Below are positions 1 through 14,900 of a stretch of 64,000 nt of DNA, piece by piece (the first letter of the stretch is position 1; every line of letters begins with the position of its first letter). Source of the stretch: Antedon mediterranea (lineage: Eukaryota; Animalia; Echinodermata); the NCBI RefSeq assembly GCF_964355755.1, contig NC_092678.1, positions 25,871,365 to 25,935,364 of the forward strand, given 5' to 3'. Made by a program: the position numbers and the translations under genes. Below the pieces are notes generated by a model. It was not told the DNA's origin and did no database searches. It saw nothing but the letters and a program-made list of their open reading frames with translations.

Positions 1-1540
1 TATATCAAATATTCATTTTTTTACAAAGTACGCCATTTATAATTATTGAAATTAAATCATTTTATTGTACAATATTAAGTATAACTATATATTTATTTAG
101 ATAATCGGTAATCTTGCATAATATTAAATTCCCATCAAATTCCCATCATTTCAAAAATAATATTAAATGTTCAGTAGTATATAGATATATATTTATTCGT
201 TCAATAATATTTGGAAATTTGCTTTCCTTTGACATTGACACATTAAATATATTATTATTTTATATAGATTTCAGTTTCATACTTAAGTTTCCCGCCTAAG
301 TTTCCCGCCGCCCTCTAAGTTTCCCGCCGCCCTCTAAGTTTCCCGCCGCCCTCTATGCAAAATATCTGCCACTGAGTATGTTGTAATAAAGCAATCTATT
401 AGAAGTATTTAGGCATTTTCTGTAGCTAAAAAATCATGCTCTTGGCCAATACATAAATTTAGCATTTAATATAAAAAACATGCAGGAATAATAATTGGTT
501 GCTTGCATTACATACCAATATTCATAAATATAAAATGCTCACATTTTGCTGTCAAATTCAGCCAATGACCTTTGACCTCAATGTTTTTTTTAAAATGTCG
601 TTTATAACATGGTAGGTAGTTTTACAGTATACGTGATATTTTATAGTAAATAGTCAACTTGTGTAGGAAGACTGAAATGAATACTACAGAATAGATAAAC
701 AGTGAATATTTAAGTTGGTTTTAATAACAAGAATTACAACAAGCGATTTATATTCCTTTTATAGTATAAACATAATATATACAGTAAGGTAAATAGTAGG
801 AGAGGGTGATATGTATTAATTAGTTGATTCATTGGAGAAGTGACTAAACTGTCAGTCTTATAATTTGCTAACTTTCTGTTATCAAAAGCTTAGAAGATTC
901 TAAAACAAAGTTATGTCTTTAAGTCTAGTGTTTGTGATCATACTTAAATTCCTAGAGTTGGATTTTTAATGTATTTATCTTTAAGAGGGTTTGTTGTGGA
1001 GAACTTAATTAAGATAAGTATATACTTGAAAGGTGCAAAAACGTCTGGTAGAGATGGTTTTATCTTTGCATTTTGTTTATAACATGTAAACTACTTACTT
1101 AGCGTGGGTGGGTTTATAATAGCAGAACTACAATGCATATCTTATATAATAGTAGTCGCCTATTGATTTACTTTTTGACTTTTTGATGAAAGAAAAGAAA
1201 ATAGAAAAACAATAATATTTCAAGTCATATATTTTAATAGTTTTTTTAGTCTGTTCTTAATGTATACATTAAATAAAAATAAACATAAATGTAGAGGCCA
1301 ACATATAATACATCATTTTGAAATGGTAAAGATGAGGAAATCTGTAAGCGTAGAAAAATGTCAACGAGACTTGACATGCAGACATGCTACCATTAGACCA
1401 TACATACATTACATAGATTTAATTCAGTTTAATTTGGTATTTAATCTTAGCATGATAATTCATTGTTTGGTATGTACTACACTTTTATACATTGATGTTA
1501 GTTATTTTGGTTTTCAGTAGTGTAAATTAAAGCAAATAGT

Positions 1541-2043
1541 AGGGAGGTTTCGCAATCTTACGAATACGATAACGAAAACGGATACGTCACACATTTGTGA
1601 AACTTTTCAGCTGATCCCCATTTCATATTCGTAAAGCGTATTCGTGTTGACGAATATCACCAGTCATATTCGTAACTACAAAACGAGTATAGTTTTTAAT
1701 CTATTTTGCACATTTTGCATTTGAATCAGGAATGATTCATGATTATAATATAATTATAGGTTTATTGAAAGTAATTTACTAAAGTAATTTACTAAAATGC
1801 CAGGTCAATTTTGATAAATAGCAGTTTTTAAAGTCCTCACTCGCTTTGATGTTACGCTAGGCCTAGGCAGCCAAGCACTAAGCAACACGTACCTGCGCTT
1901 CGCTCAAATTTACCGCAGTCATATTTTGGACGGCGACCTCAATATTTCGTTGCCATGCGATTTTTACTGGCTTACAAAAACGAATACGTGTCGGTGACGT
2001 ATCCGTTTTCGTTATCATATTCGTAAGATTGCGAAACCTCTCT
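1541..2043. mobile_element. Non-autonomous TIR element (MITE)
   Basis: 50-bp terminal inverted repeats (AGGGAGGTTTCGCAATCTTACGAAT...) with 2 mismatches; no ORF. Confidence 0.85.
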
Positions 2044-5000
2044 AATGACTCCAGTAGCGACCTTTTAATGTGCGGAAGCTTTGATATTAAGTTGCTGTTT
2101 TAACACATCATCTTTTTATAATTAGTACTATTGAACTAGGAACAATTATTACTACTTGTGTCTAAGTACGTTCTCAAAAACAATTCAACGTATGTAATCT
2201 TTGGAACGAGCCGCTTTAAAGTGCTTTTCCATTTTCTGATTGTCCCAAGTGTTTTTAATTTAATATAAATACATTTCATTCATTTCTCTTGTTCCACTTT
2301 TGTCTCTCTGGTTTATTTTTCTCTTTTCCTTTAACTTTGTAAATTATTTAGAATTGTTGTTATAACAAGTCAAGTTTTACTTGAAACTGCTATCAAAATC
2401 TATAAATCTGTGGCAACCATCAGGATACATAATTTCCTCTAAAACCTCATCAAAGTTCCATGATTTTGAATTTGTTTATAATTTTGTGTAAATTTCCTGT
2501 CACTAAATTAGAACAAAACTGTTTTTGAGAAATTGTAAGTTCTATATTACACTTCAATCAAATACATGAATACAAAAAGTCACATTAGTAAATATTAGCA
2601 GATTTGTGTAACATGAACTTAAGGTACACTAATACACATCTGTGGTCCCCCTCTAACATTTCTAATTAAAAAGGTGAATAATGCTTAAGTATTATGTTTG
2701 AATATATATTATGAGTTATACACAGTAGAATTATACATGAGATATTTGTAGCCTAGATTTTTTTAGTTTGTAACTATCTTATGGCTTTTAAAAAACACAA
2801 TTGTACATTGAATTGAAGTATGTCAAAAAGTATACAGCAAGTCTCCTGCAATAGCTTAATTACAGATAACACAATTTAACGCATGTCAAATACAGTGCTG
2901 TACGTTATCAATATTTAATATCATCAACGAGATATTCTATGACGTTGTCTACAATGTTTGCTACACATTATTTTGTAGAAATTATGTGGGTTTACTTTCT
3001 GCGATGATGTTTGATTGTCTAAATGAAATGGCGCAACGCAGCGTCGTTTAGTGACTCTGTACGTGCCTGAAGAGTAATGAGTACACAGGGATCATACCGT
3101 GTCATAATCAGGTTACCGATCGTAAAGTCTGTTCTCATCTAATGGGCTTCTCACTGTAAACCTAAACAATAATGACAACTTGCAAACGGTACACACATTT
3201 ATTTAAATCCAAGCTTTAAGCCATTCCGTCATTGCGGCTAGTTTTGCATGACTAATTTATACAGATCCTATTTTGTATTATTGTTACTAAACTAAATGAA
3301 TATAATTACTAAATAACTTTCTCTATAGGAATTCAAATTATTTTTCTGCTCCTAAGAATTTTATTTGTCAAGGCAACCTGCTACAAGAATCTTCTTTGGA
3401 TTCTGCCTTTGTCCATTTTTTTTTCAATAATCTCAATCTGTCATTACTGTTTTTTCTACTTTTTGTCTTTTGGAATTGAATTGATAATTTTATATGTTTG
3501 CTCTCACTGTACATATTTATTTATATTTATTCAGTACAAAATAGTCATTGAATTTTAAAATGCTTTATTCATAGAAGAGTAAAATGTCCTCCATTTTTTG
3601 AATACATTTCTAACCATCAGAGTAAACAGACATGTTTATATATTGTTTACGTGATATTCTAGATTTACGTGAAATGATACGATTTAAAATCTCAATGAAC
3701 TAGCCTCGGAGATATAACCTAGATTATCAGAAGTTTGATTGGAAATTGTCAACATAATGATTTATTGTACAGTAGCCATTTGCCAGTCAGTTCTTACGAT
3801 TCTTCTACATTAGATAAAAACAACTATATTCATTCGCAAATTGTTGTTGTCGTGAGCCATTCCCAAAAAATTTGATAAAATGTCATTTCATGATCAAACA
3901 TATTTTTCAATATATATTATTGTAATTCCTATTATGAGCAACTTATTGTACTTTGTTGCTTTGTATTTTGTTAATTTTACTCATTTGTTCTTGAGAATAG
4001 TTCCATAATGGTTCAGAAATGTCAACCTTTTTTTTCATTAAATTTTATTTTAAAGTTATATGGTAAACGTCTCTTAATTCATCATTATTTTAACATGAGG
4101 ATCTGTATGTATTCATTTTTTCATCAGCTGAGTATAGTGATCTATTTGCAGCAGGTCTAAATCTGTGTTATGTCGTACAACACCACATTTGTCACTACTT
4201 TAAGTAGCAATCAATGTTATTGATCCTGGCAATCAATGTTATTGATCCTGGCAATTGGCAGCATATTCTGGTGATGATTCCCCCTGGGGGAGGGGAGGCG
4301 TAAAGTGCACAATATCTAAACTTGTATAATCATACCACCTCCTGCTTATATGAATAATGCGTTCAATGTGATCTCGTTTGTTTGGCAGGTCATCATTTTG
4401 TTGGTCACATCGCTCAGATAAGTTTAGATATTTAGATTCAAGTTTTCTGTTTTCAAATCTTTCAATTTATCCTTGTCTAACATTTTATTAAATTGTAGTA
4501 TTATTAATATTAATGCTAAATTAGCTAAAAAATAGATGCATTATTGAAAAGAGAATCTTAAGTTTGCTATGGTATAGTTTTGAGTCTCACATCCTGGTTC
4601 AATCGTAGCAAAGGTTTCTGTCTTCATATACAAAATGTATTGATACTTAATCTATATGTTTTGCCTGTGGGTTTATTCTCTACATATTGCGTTATTATGT
4701 AATCAAATAATCTTCCTTTAATGAATACATCAAATTTCTTCATATTTCGGAAGGTTGGCGATATTGTATAAATGAATAAATGTATTATTTCTATATTGAA
4801 GTTCTATTGAAAGTAATGTAGCTTATAAGCCACATGAATGGCTTTTAAATGTACGCTCATTTGTCATCCATCACTTTACTATTATGTCCTACACCTATTT
4901 ATGTATTCTCTGATGGCGGCCTTCAAATATGTAAACATTTGTACATGATAAGTGACCTGAGTTGCTAGTCAGATTTACAAATAATTTATTACATAAATTG

Positions 5001-5883
5001 AGCTGCATGTTTAAATATAATAATAAACCATTACAGCTTTCAGGATGTACATTTAGTTTGCGTTTCCTAGTTTCAACATCAGCGGCCATCTTCTCTCTAA
5101 GCACACCAAGTAATTAGATAAAATCTTAAGTTCTTACAAATTAGTTTTTTTTATATAAAATTCCAAAAATTATTTTTTAGCCAAATATTGTGTTGCTTCT
5201 TTAACACTGTATTAATTAACCATGTGTTTAATGTAAACAGTTTTATTCAATATTTTAAAAACATTTGGTAGATCAGCTTGTCGGCAGTCAATGTTAAAGT
5301 GTTGCTTATCATTTTATATGCAAGCCTTAACATTGGTAATCAACTTGGCTCGACTCAATATCTATGTTTGGGTCTTGAGATTATATAGTCATACATTTTA
5401 TAATGATAGCAGGGGTTAGTCCACAAACTGACAATTAAACTGGGTTTTAAATTCAAGTTTACACGTGACAGCCGTCAAAGTGAGCTTTTATATGCAGTTA
5501 AAACTAATTTTAAATTAACATTTAACTAATATTTTTGCATAATTATTGTATGAACAAAAAGTATTGCTTTTATAATTTTATAGTGTTGCTCTAATAAAAG
5601 ACTTTCTCAAATGAATACCACTTTTGGTGACCTAGTTTTGACCTCTTAGCTTCAATTTGTGTTACATATTGTAGCTAAATGCATTCATCTTGAATATTGA
5701 AATGCTATTGTGGAGGGAGTGGGTAAATTAAGTATTAGCTTACGTTTGCCATCATAGAATAATGAACAATATTGAAAATCTACATTGGCCTGATAAATTA
5801 TTTTGCAATAAAGTATTGTATAATACATGTTCCTATATCTATTATGTTTTAACTCTAACTTTTATTCTTAATTTTTGTTTTAG

Positions 5884-5999
5884 TGAATTTTCAAAAGAGC
5901 GAGAAAAAGCGAAGGTAAAAGGAGAGTTTAAAAAAATACGAGAGAAACAGCAAATTGAAGATGATCTTAAGGGTTACTTGGATTGGATCATGAAAGCGG
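5884..5999 (+). CDS. Cav1 exon: I-II linker with alpha-interaction domain (AID)
   Basis: [38 protein letters not shown], flanked by tag/gt. Confidence 0.95.
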
Positions 6000-8900
6000 G
6001 TAATTAACTTTGATGTAATTAAAGAGTTTAATAACCTTTGACCTGTTAGGCCCTCTTGGAGATTCTAAAGCAATAGTATTTGCTTTTAAAGCTATGTCTA
6101 TCCTATCAAACTACAGTCAATATAGTATATCATCATGTCCATACATGGGCACCTCACATTTTGTTGTCACATAACATTTGGTAGTGCTTATTAATGTTAG
6201 AATACATAACACATAGTTACTGTCATAGCTAAAGTCACATAGAGTACTTTTAATACTTTGATCGAAAAAGTTTAATGACCTGTGACCTGTTAGGCCGGCC
6301 CTCTTGGAGATTCTGAAGCAGAACATCTTCTTAATGTTAGAATACATATACATAGTTACTGTCATATCTATCATATAGAGTATTTTTAATACTCCGATCA
6401 ATAATTGCTAATGTGTGTTGTTGAAATAATTTTAATATAATAATAAAAGGAAAGAGTACAGTCTGAAGGCAGGTGACATGACCCAGGTGAACAATAGGCA
6501 TTGCACCTACTCTATTATTGCCTCATTGCGCTTTTTATTTGTGCTATGTAAAATGGATTAATGCTTACGAAGAAAATATTGCGGGATTTCATAATTAAAT
6601 TAGAAATTAATAATCTTTATAGAAAAATGATTATTCTAAAGAAGTCATAATTATGCTACATTAAATTACATTTAACTAATTATAATAGTTTCAACTAGAT
6701 GAAACATTTAAACATTAATGTTTTTTTTCAGAAGATATTGAACCAGAAACTGAGGAACAAAAACCAAGTTTACCGCCTCAGCATGGTAAGTAAATCAGGT
6801 TTTCAATAATCATCATTTTAAACTAAAAATTAAGCCATATTGGAAACACTTTTAGAAGATTGAAACGGTAAACTAAAAAGTTGCACACGCTTGGCATTTT
6901 ATAAATTGCAGAATGTCAAATATAGTTTACCTTTTACCTAAAGTTGCACACATTTAAAGAGAGTTAGTTAAGCATACAAACACAAATAACTGTAGCCTAC
7001 TGTGTGCACATAGATCATACAAGTTTTATCTCAGAGTTAAAATCTGTTTTTTTTTTATCAAAATAAAATTCTTTATTTACAGAACCCTACTGGAGTGGTA
7101 TGGTTTTGGGGCATTATTTCCATTTCTTTTGTTTTATATGTTTTTGGGTTAGGGTGTTTGGACACTTTGAGAGTCCCAATGGTAGCCAAATTATACTCAT
7201 CCATTTTTAAAATTTGTTTTTTAATCAATTTTTAATCATTTGTAACAGCTAAACAATCATTAAAAAGTTCATGGTGCTAGTATTAAGGGATAAATGACAC
7301 AATGTTATATTCCTTGAATGTAACCATATTTTCCATATTTCCTCTTTTGCGCTACTAGTGCTTTTATGATTTATAGTTTTGTATATTGAGAGTGGGGTAG
7401 CCTACATCCATAATAATGAATTTACAATTTATGTAATTTATTAAAAAAACATTAATATTTTAAATGCAAAAAAGTTCAAAAATGTAATGTAGTTTTGAAC
7501 TGTACATAATGTGTGCATAATGATGTGTGTATAATGTTTGCAGTCGTAAGAAAACAGAGATCATTAGTTCAACAAAAATGCTATAATTTTGGACAAAGAA
7601 ATGCTATTAACGTGGAGAAGTGTGGTTGAAGCAATTCTGATGCGTTTTCAAATTTGATCGCTCTTTTGGGGGTATACGCAGCAAATTTGATCGTAATATA
7701 ATTTTCTCAGTGATTTGTCTTATCAAATATTAATATGGTTGGATAGCTTATATATGTACAGAAGGGAATGTGGCCACCTAACCAATAAATGACTTGAATA
7801 GGTTATACGATGATGAGGGAATGTGGCCACCTAACCAATAAATGACTTGAATAGGTTATAGGTTATACGATGATGAGGGAATGTGGCCACCTAACCAATA
7901 AATGACTTGAATAGGTTATACGATGATGAGGGAATGTGGCCACCTAACCAATAAATGACTTGAATAGGTTATACGATGATGAGGGAATGTGGCCACCTAA
8001 CCAATAAATGACTTGAATAGGTTATACGATGATGAGGGAATGTGGCCACCTAACCAATAAATGTCATAGGTCATAGGTTATACGATGATGAGGGAATGTG
8101 GCCACCTAACCAATGAATGACAGGTCATAGGTTATACGATGATGAGGGAATGTGGCCACCTAACCAATAAATGTCATAGGTCATAGGTTATACGATGATG
8201 AGGGAATGTGGCCACCTAACCAATAAATGACAGGTCATAGGTTATACGATGATGTATGGACAAATTTTATAGAACTATAACCTTAACAGATTTACAAAAA
8301 TAATAGTAACGATATTTTACCTCAAATATGCGTTCTATTACAAGTCTGAGGGCGCACCAGCGCATCAAAACTGCAAGTGAGGTAAAACTATTCAACCATG
8401 AATGCGTCATTCCCATTGGATATAATAACTTGCATTTTAAATTGATAATATTGTACTCCAAAATGTTATGCGAAAGCAGATTTATTTTATTATATGCATT
8501 TATATTATTATATAACAATGGTTATGGTAACATCAATAACATAAGATGTATTAAACATATATTATGCTTTAACATTTGAAATATTGTTTATATTTGATTT
8601 AGCCTTTAATTCATTCTTGTCCTAACCTCTTGATTCATCCTACTATCTTAACTTTCATCCATAATTAATTTTCTTTACTTTTTATTTCCATTTTATTCGC
8701 TATCACTTACTTTTATTTTTACTATAAATATCTTTATTTTTGTTCTTTTTTACTTCATCAATTATGTCCATCACTAGTACCCCATTACTACTTGTTTTAT
8801 CACCAATATACAAATTACATATCCCATCATGCAGATTATGTATCCCATAATCCTGTAAGTAGTACTAGATGGGAGGTTAATACATTGCCTTCCTCATAGG

Positions 8901-11900
8901 TACCGTAAGCCTGACGTGTAACAAATAAGATTTCTCATGGCCGACAAGTTTTCAGGAACAAATCAGTCTCACAGCCAACTTGCGCACCATAGCAAATACA
9001 AGATAATTGTCATGCTATAATTGTAAATTCATGTTGCTCGTGGGTGTATTGTATAGTACATTATAATACCTTGGTTTCTTGTAATTGTTGGACGTTTGCT
9101 CATCTTATCAAGCAAATATAATTTATCACCTGAGACAATCCCTCTGGGAGCGTTTCCTAATGTTGGAAAATAATCAGTGTATTGACATTTAAATCGGCTT
9201 GGTACCTACATAAATTTGAGATGAAGAGAAATAAATGTAGATAAACGCATCTTGCTGAAGGATATACTGGTGGATATGATGATCAATGTTAGGGATCCAA
9301 CTCATTTTATTTGGTTCAAGAAAATATATTGTGCTACTGTTATTTCCCAATTTCCAACTATCAAACTGGACAGTTTCTGTCTATGCCTGTAAATAAATGT
9401 ACTGGAAAACTTTAGGGGTTCAATTCATATAATTTTATTTGGTTCCTATTAATAATATGCTACGGTTATTTTATATCCCAATTACCCCTACTATCTATAT
9501 TTTTCATGTTAAAATGTTTTTAGTTTCAAATGGTGGACATAAAAATGCATTTTATGGTTTCTTTTTGGCTATTTTAGTTGCAAATTAGTTTTTTGTTTTG
9601 TTCACATTTAGTTTATTATTTAACAATTAACTAACAACCCAATTTCTTTTTGATCTTGCCTGCTGCAGTTTTATGGAAACGTCTGGGCACGCTCAATACG
9701 AAAGGTATGAATAGTTTATGGTAAATGTCTAGTTCCTTTGTCATGCATGAATAAGCAATCTCATTCTGCATGTTGCAGTATAAAATTTGTTTTATAGAAT
9801 TTGTTTTTTATTCCTATTTACTTATTTCATATTTTTTTTATTTAATATTATGTACACAAACCAATGAATATTTATATTAACTCTTAAATATTTTTCAATG
9901 TGAAATTTTACAAATATTGCTTTTGTTTTGTCAGCAACTCTGCTTGGTTTTAAAATATCGTCTACTGATGACTATTGAACATAGGGACTGTAAATGTGTA
10001 TGCGGATATTAATTACTAGTAAAAGACTATTCTTATAGTGCATAATTTGTGTGTCCTGTTGTTGTTAATATTTTGTCTACATCCAATTCAATGTGTTTAA
10101 TATTTTGTTTTCCACTCACAAAATACAATAAGTTAAAAAGAAAAGTAAAATATAAGTATGTGGACAGAGACTAAAATACATTTTGGAACACATTTTGTGG
10201 CATGGCCTTTGTTGAAAGTAAGAGTTTTTCTTAACTAATTAGAGTGATAAAGAGAAACAAATTAGTTAAAATTTATATATATTTATTTTTAATTCCAGTT
10301 CCAAAACCGATTCCAGAGTCGTCCGACTATTCTGATAAATCGGACGATGATAAAAGTGAAAATCTTCAAGTAACTTGGTTTCAAAAGAAACGGTATAGTT
10401 TTATGTTTGATTTAAATTTAGCTCATCTAACAATGCATGTATAGCAGGCAGTGTTCTTTATCAATAATTATTATTATATATTATTCTTGTTATAGGAGAG
10501 TTCTTCGTCGGTGGAATCGTCGTTGTTTACGTGCCTGCAGGCAGGCCGTGAAATCACAGACATTTTATTGGATAGTAATTGTAATGGTGTTTATTAATAC
10601 ATGTATACTAGCTTCATTTCATTACAATCAACCAAAATGGCTAACTACCTTTCAAGGTACGATACTACCAAATATGTTATGCACTCAATTTACTTGTCCT
10701 TACTTAGTTTTTACATTTACGAATATGCATCTCCTATTCAATTTTAAGAATTGAGAATTAAAGTGTCTTTGATGAAAGTATGCTATGTCTTTGGAAGAAA
10801 GTCTAGTATTGTCAATTAAGGGGGATAAAGCAAACATATGATGGTGGTGATTATCATGATATTCCTGTGAATAGCTTAATAACACATTAATAATGGAGCT
10901 TTATTATCCAAGGTTCTTTATGGATCTTGTCCATAGTTCTGTTATTTTAGCTTTGTATGTTTAAAAAGTAATTTTTCTTTTGCTCTCTCCTTCCTTTCTT
11001 TCTTTCTTTCATTTATTTTTATTTATTCAGGTATATAAAAAACATTACAAAAAGCAGAACAAATCTGAAATTATTGTAATACAATCTTTAATTGATTCAG
11101 TGGTACCAATTGTCTATGCTAAAATTGTCAATATTAATTTAAAATCATTTTCCTTTCATCCTCTCCTTCCTTTTCTTCCTTCTTTAATTGGTTCAGTTAA
11201 AATCATTCCTTTTCTTCCTTCTTTAATTGGTTCAGTTAAAATCATTCCTTTTCTTCCTTCTTTAATTGGTTCAGTTAAAATCATTCCTTTTCTTCCTTCT
11301 TTAATTGGTTCAGTTAAAATCATTCCTTTTCTTCCTTCTTTAATTGGTTCAGTTAAAATCATTCCTTTTCTTCCTTCTTTAATTGGTTCAGTTAAAATCA
11401 TTCCTTTTCTTCCTTCTTTAATTGGTTCAGTTTAAATCATTCCTTTTCTTCCTTCTTTAATTGGTTAAGTTTAAATCATTTTCTTAACATTGTCAATTTT
11501 TTATTTTTCAGATTGTTCCAACATATTCTTTGTTATAGTATTTACGATTGAGATGGTGATCAAGATGTACAGTATTGGAATAGATGGTTATTTTGTTTCT
11601 CTCTTCAATCGCTTTGATTTCTTTGTTGTATGCAGTAGTATATTAGAGATGGTCCTCGTCTATGCACACTGGATTGATCCAATCGGAATTAGTGTTTTAC
11701 GTTGTGTTCGACTTTTACGTGTTTTCAAAGTAACAAAGTACGAAGAATGAAATCTTTTTAATTCTATATTTGTCGGTCAAATACTAAAGCCCTAAGGAGT
11801 GTGTAAAGTAAACTAAAGGAGTCTAGATGTTTCAGATCAATTTGACTTCAAAGAGTTCTTACTGAGCATCTTAGATGATTCACACCTCATAATAATAAAA

Positions 11901-14900
11901 TTATGTGCTTGCGTATAAACAAATATGCCCGAAAGCTCTGCTAACTTTTTTGGCCGTTTTACTTTATCGTTTTGATTTAGCTTTTTGCTTTTTTTTGTAT
12001 ATCCATTGAGATACAGCCACTGATACCCACAGCATTGTCATTTTTTCAGTAATTTGCCTTCAGATTTAAATAAAATGTATGTATGTGGTTGTTTCTCCAA
12101 TCCAGATATGTGTATATGTGAATATGTGTATTATTGTTAATGTTTGTTTTGTTTTCAGATACTGGAGTTCTCTAAGTAACCTTGTAGCGTCTCTACTGAA
12201 TTCAATGCGTTCTATTGCAAGTTTGCTTCTACTCCTCTTTCTCTTTATCCTTATTTTTGCCCTTCTTGGTATGCAAGTGTTTGGAGGCAAATTTAATTTT
12301 GATGATACTAAAGAAAAGCCACGCAGTAATTTTGACAACTTTTGGCAGGCTCTTTTCACAGTATTTCAGGTAAGGGGACTTTTTTTCAGTATGTATGACT
12401 ATGATATAATAAAGACATATATGCATAAACACAAGTGTATTCAATCCTACTTGATATAATAAAGACATATATGCATAAAGACAGTGTATTCGATCCTACT
12501 TTCCTTTTCATTTGCATTGCATTTTTGAACTAAAATGACTGGTACAGTATTTGACGAAAACGAGCCCTCTTAAGATTAAACATTATGTTGTAAGATATTA
12601 GGTACGTGAGAAAAAGAGTGTATACTGCCCTCCTGATGGGTATCCTTGATGTGTTGTTCACTATATGAATCCAATCCAATTAATGAATTGAGACCATTAA
12701 TCACAGTACATTATGATATAGATAAGTTAATAGGTTCTTTGAAATTACACTATTATCATTAATTTAAGACTTCTGGAAATATACTGCTTTATGAACTTTT
12801 AACTCTATTACATTGAATAATGAGGATTAGAGATGGACAATCTCTTGCATTTGATAAATGAAAAAAAAAACATATTCCTGTTTAATCTTTGATTTGTAGA
12901 TTTTAACCGGTGAAGATTGGAATGAAGTAATGTACAATGGTATAGAAGCCTATGGAGGTATTCATTCCATAGGCATTGTGGCCTGTACTTACTTCATAGT
13001 CCTATTTATTTGTGGTAACTGTATCCTTTTTACAAGTTTAAAACCATTTAGTTTGGTTTCAGCACTTTTAAATGAAAATGTGACTGAATGTTTTTAGTGT
13101 TTTTTTAACATCCAGGAACCTTCTGCTTATTACCAGCTATCTTGTAATCTTTTTTTATATATACTTATATTATATTGATTTTATGCTGGTCGAATAAATA
13201 CTGTAAATGAAACGAAAGACCAGAAAAAAGAGGACCTTTATTTATGTACATCAAATAGTTAATACATCTAATTTCCATCTGACATTTTGTGATATAAGCT
13301 TTTATTGTCCTCAACCTATAGAAAACATGATTTATAGTGAAAATTTATGAAAATAATTTATTCAAATGAATAGAAAAGATTCTTTAACGAAGATAAATAG
13401 ATATTTTGTTAAATGTATTTTTGGCCATCGCTGTTGACAACTTAGCTGATGCAGAAAGTCTGACAGCGTTGGAGAAACAGGAGGAGGAGCAAAAAGAGCG
13501 TGATAAATCAAAACGTAGAGCTAACGAGATGGAAGATATATCTAGACAGCTTGCGCCGGGTATGGATCCGTCGGGAATTAATCGCGGCCCAAAACATCTT
13601 CAAGAAAAACGAGCCAAGATGAATTATGAACAGAATCACAAGAACGGAAGGTACGATTAAATAGAAATTAAAAAGCTGAAAGTAGTGCTAATAGTGACAT
13701 TGAATTATGGCGTATCTTATTAATGCTCATTATCATACATGAACCATTTACAGTTTAAACACGATAGCATATATTAACTTCATATTCATTTTGTTATTTT
13801 ATTCGCATTTATTCAGTACACATCCAAAAGGTGATCACAAAACCCATGAAATCATGAGTGAAATAGTTGTTTTTTAATTCAAAGGATTCAATCAAATAAA
13901 ACCTGAGTCTACAACCATATTAACCAGTAGCTTCATTTGATTGGATGATTGTGTGTCACATGGTGTGCAATAGTAGCTGCAGCTTCATTTGATTGGACGA
14001 TTGTGGGTCACATAGTGTGCAATAGTACCAGTAGCTTTATTTGATTGGATAAGGGTCACATGGTGTGCAATAGAAGCCTCAGCTTTATATATGATATTTA
14101 ATATAATATAAATGTTTTATTACAGGGTTCCTGATGAAATCCTTCCTGATAAAATTGATGAAGATGGAAAAGCAGTTGGTAAATACATGTCTTTTACACT
14201 TCTTTAATTTTATATGGGAAACTGATTTTCGCAGATTTTATCATTTATTTAAACATTTGTTTGGTAGTAGTCACTCTCATACTGTACATTTAAAAGTAAC
14301 ACATCCAAATGCCAACTTTAAGTCAATGGCTACCAGATGTCTCTGTGAGACGGTTATTTGAACCAGTACCAGTACCAGTTATGTTTTCAATTTAAAAATC
14401 AGTTTCACCTTTAAAAAAAGTAAATTTTAATATGTTTATAGCTTTAACTGAAGAAGGAGGCGCTGATGAGGAGGATGATGATGATAACTCGACTACAGTC
14501 ACAGCACGTCCTCGCAGAATGTCGGAGTTAAATATCCAATTAAAAAAACACCCGATGCCTACAGAGAGCTCATTATTCATATTCTCCAAGGATAACAGGT
14601 AGATACAACAACCATAAATAAATAGTTATATTTCAGTATCCATGTTTGTTTCCATTCCCCCAGGTTGATTAAAGTGACAGACTCATTCAAAGGGAATTTC
14701 AGTATCCATGTTTGTTTCCATTCCCCCAGGTTGATTAAAGTGACAGACTCATTCAAAGGGAATTTCAGTATCCATGTTTGTTTCCATTCCCCCAGGTTGA
14801 TTAAAGTGACAGACTCATTCAAAGGGAATTTCAGTATCCATGTTTGTTTCCATTCCACCAGGTTGATTAAAGTGACAGACTCATTCAAAGGAAATTTCAG

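Noticed and set aside
4330-5104. Exon-like pieces on the minus strand (MAADVETRKRKLN...) suggesting a nested antisense gene
   Set aside because: Could not assemble a convincing phase-consistent model or recognise any protein motif
1-5883. Cav1 domain I exons
   Set aside because: No IS6 (LNLVLGVLS-type) coding sequence found; the region appears to be a long intron, with domain I upstream of the window
8835-8854. cag|20 nt|gtaagt possible microexon in the I-II linker intron
   Set aside because: Length breaks the phase 1-1 frame and I found no compensating partner exon
10980-11435. ORFs with [13 protein letters not shown] repeats (likewise 23687-24010, 24220-24468, 60001-60396)
   Set aside because: Translations of tandem repeats inside introns
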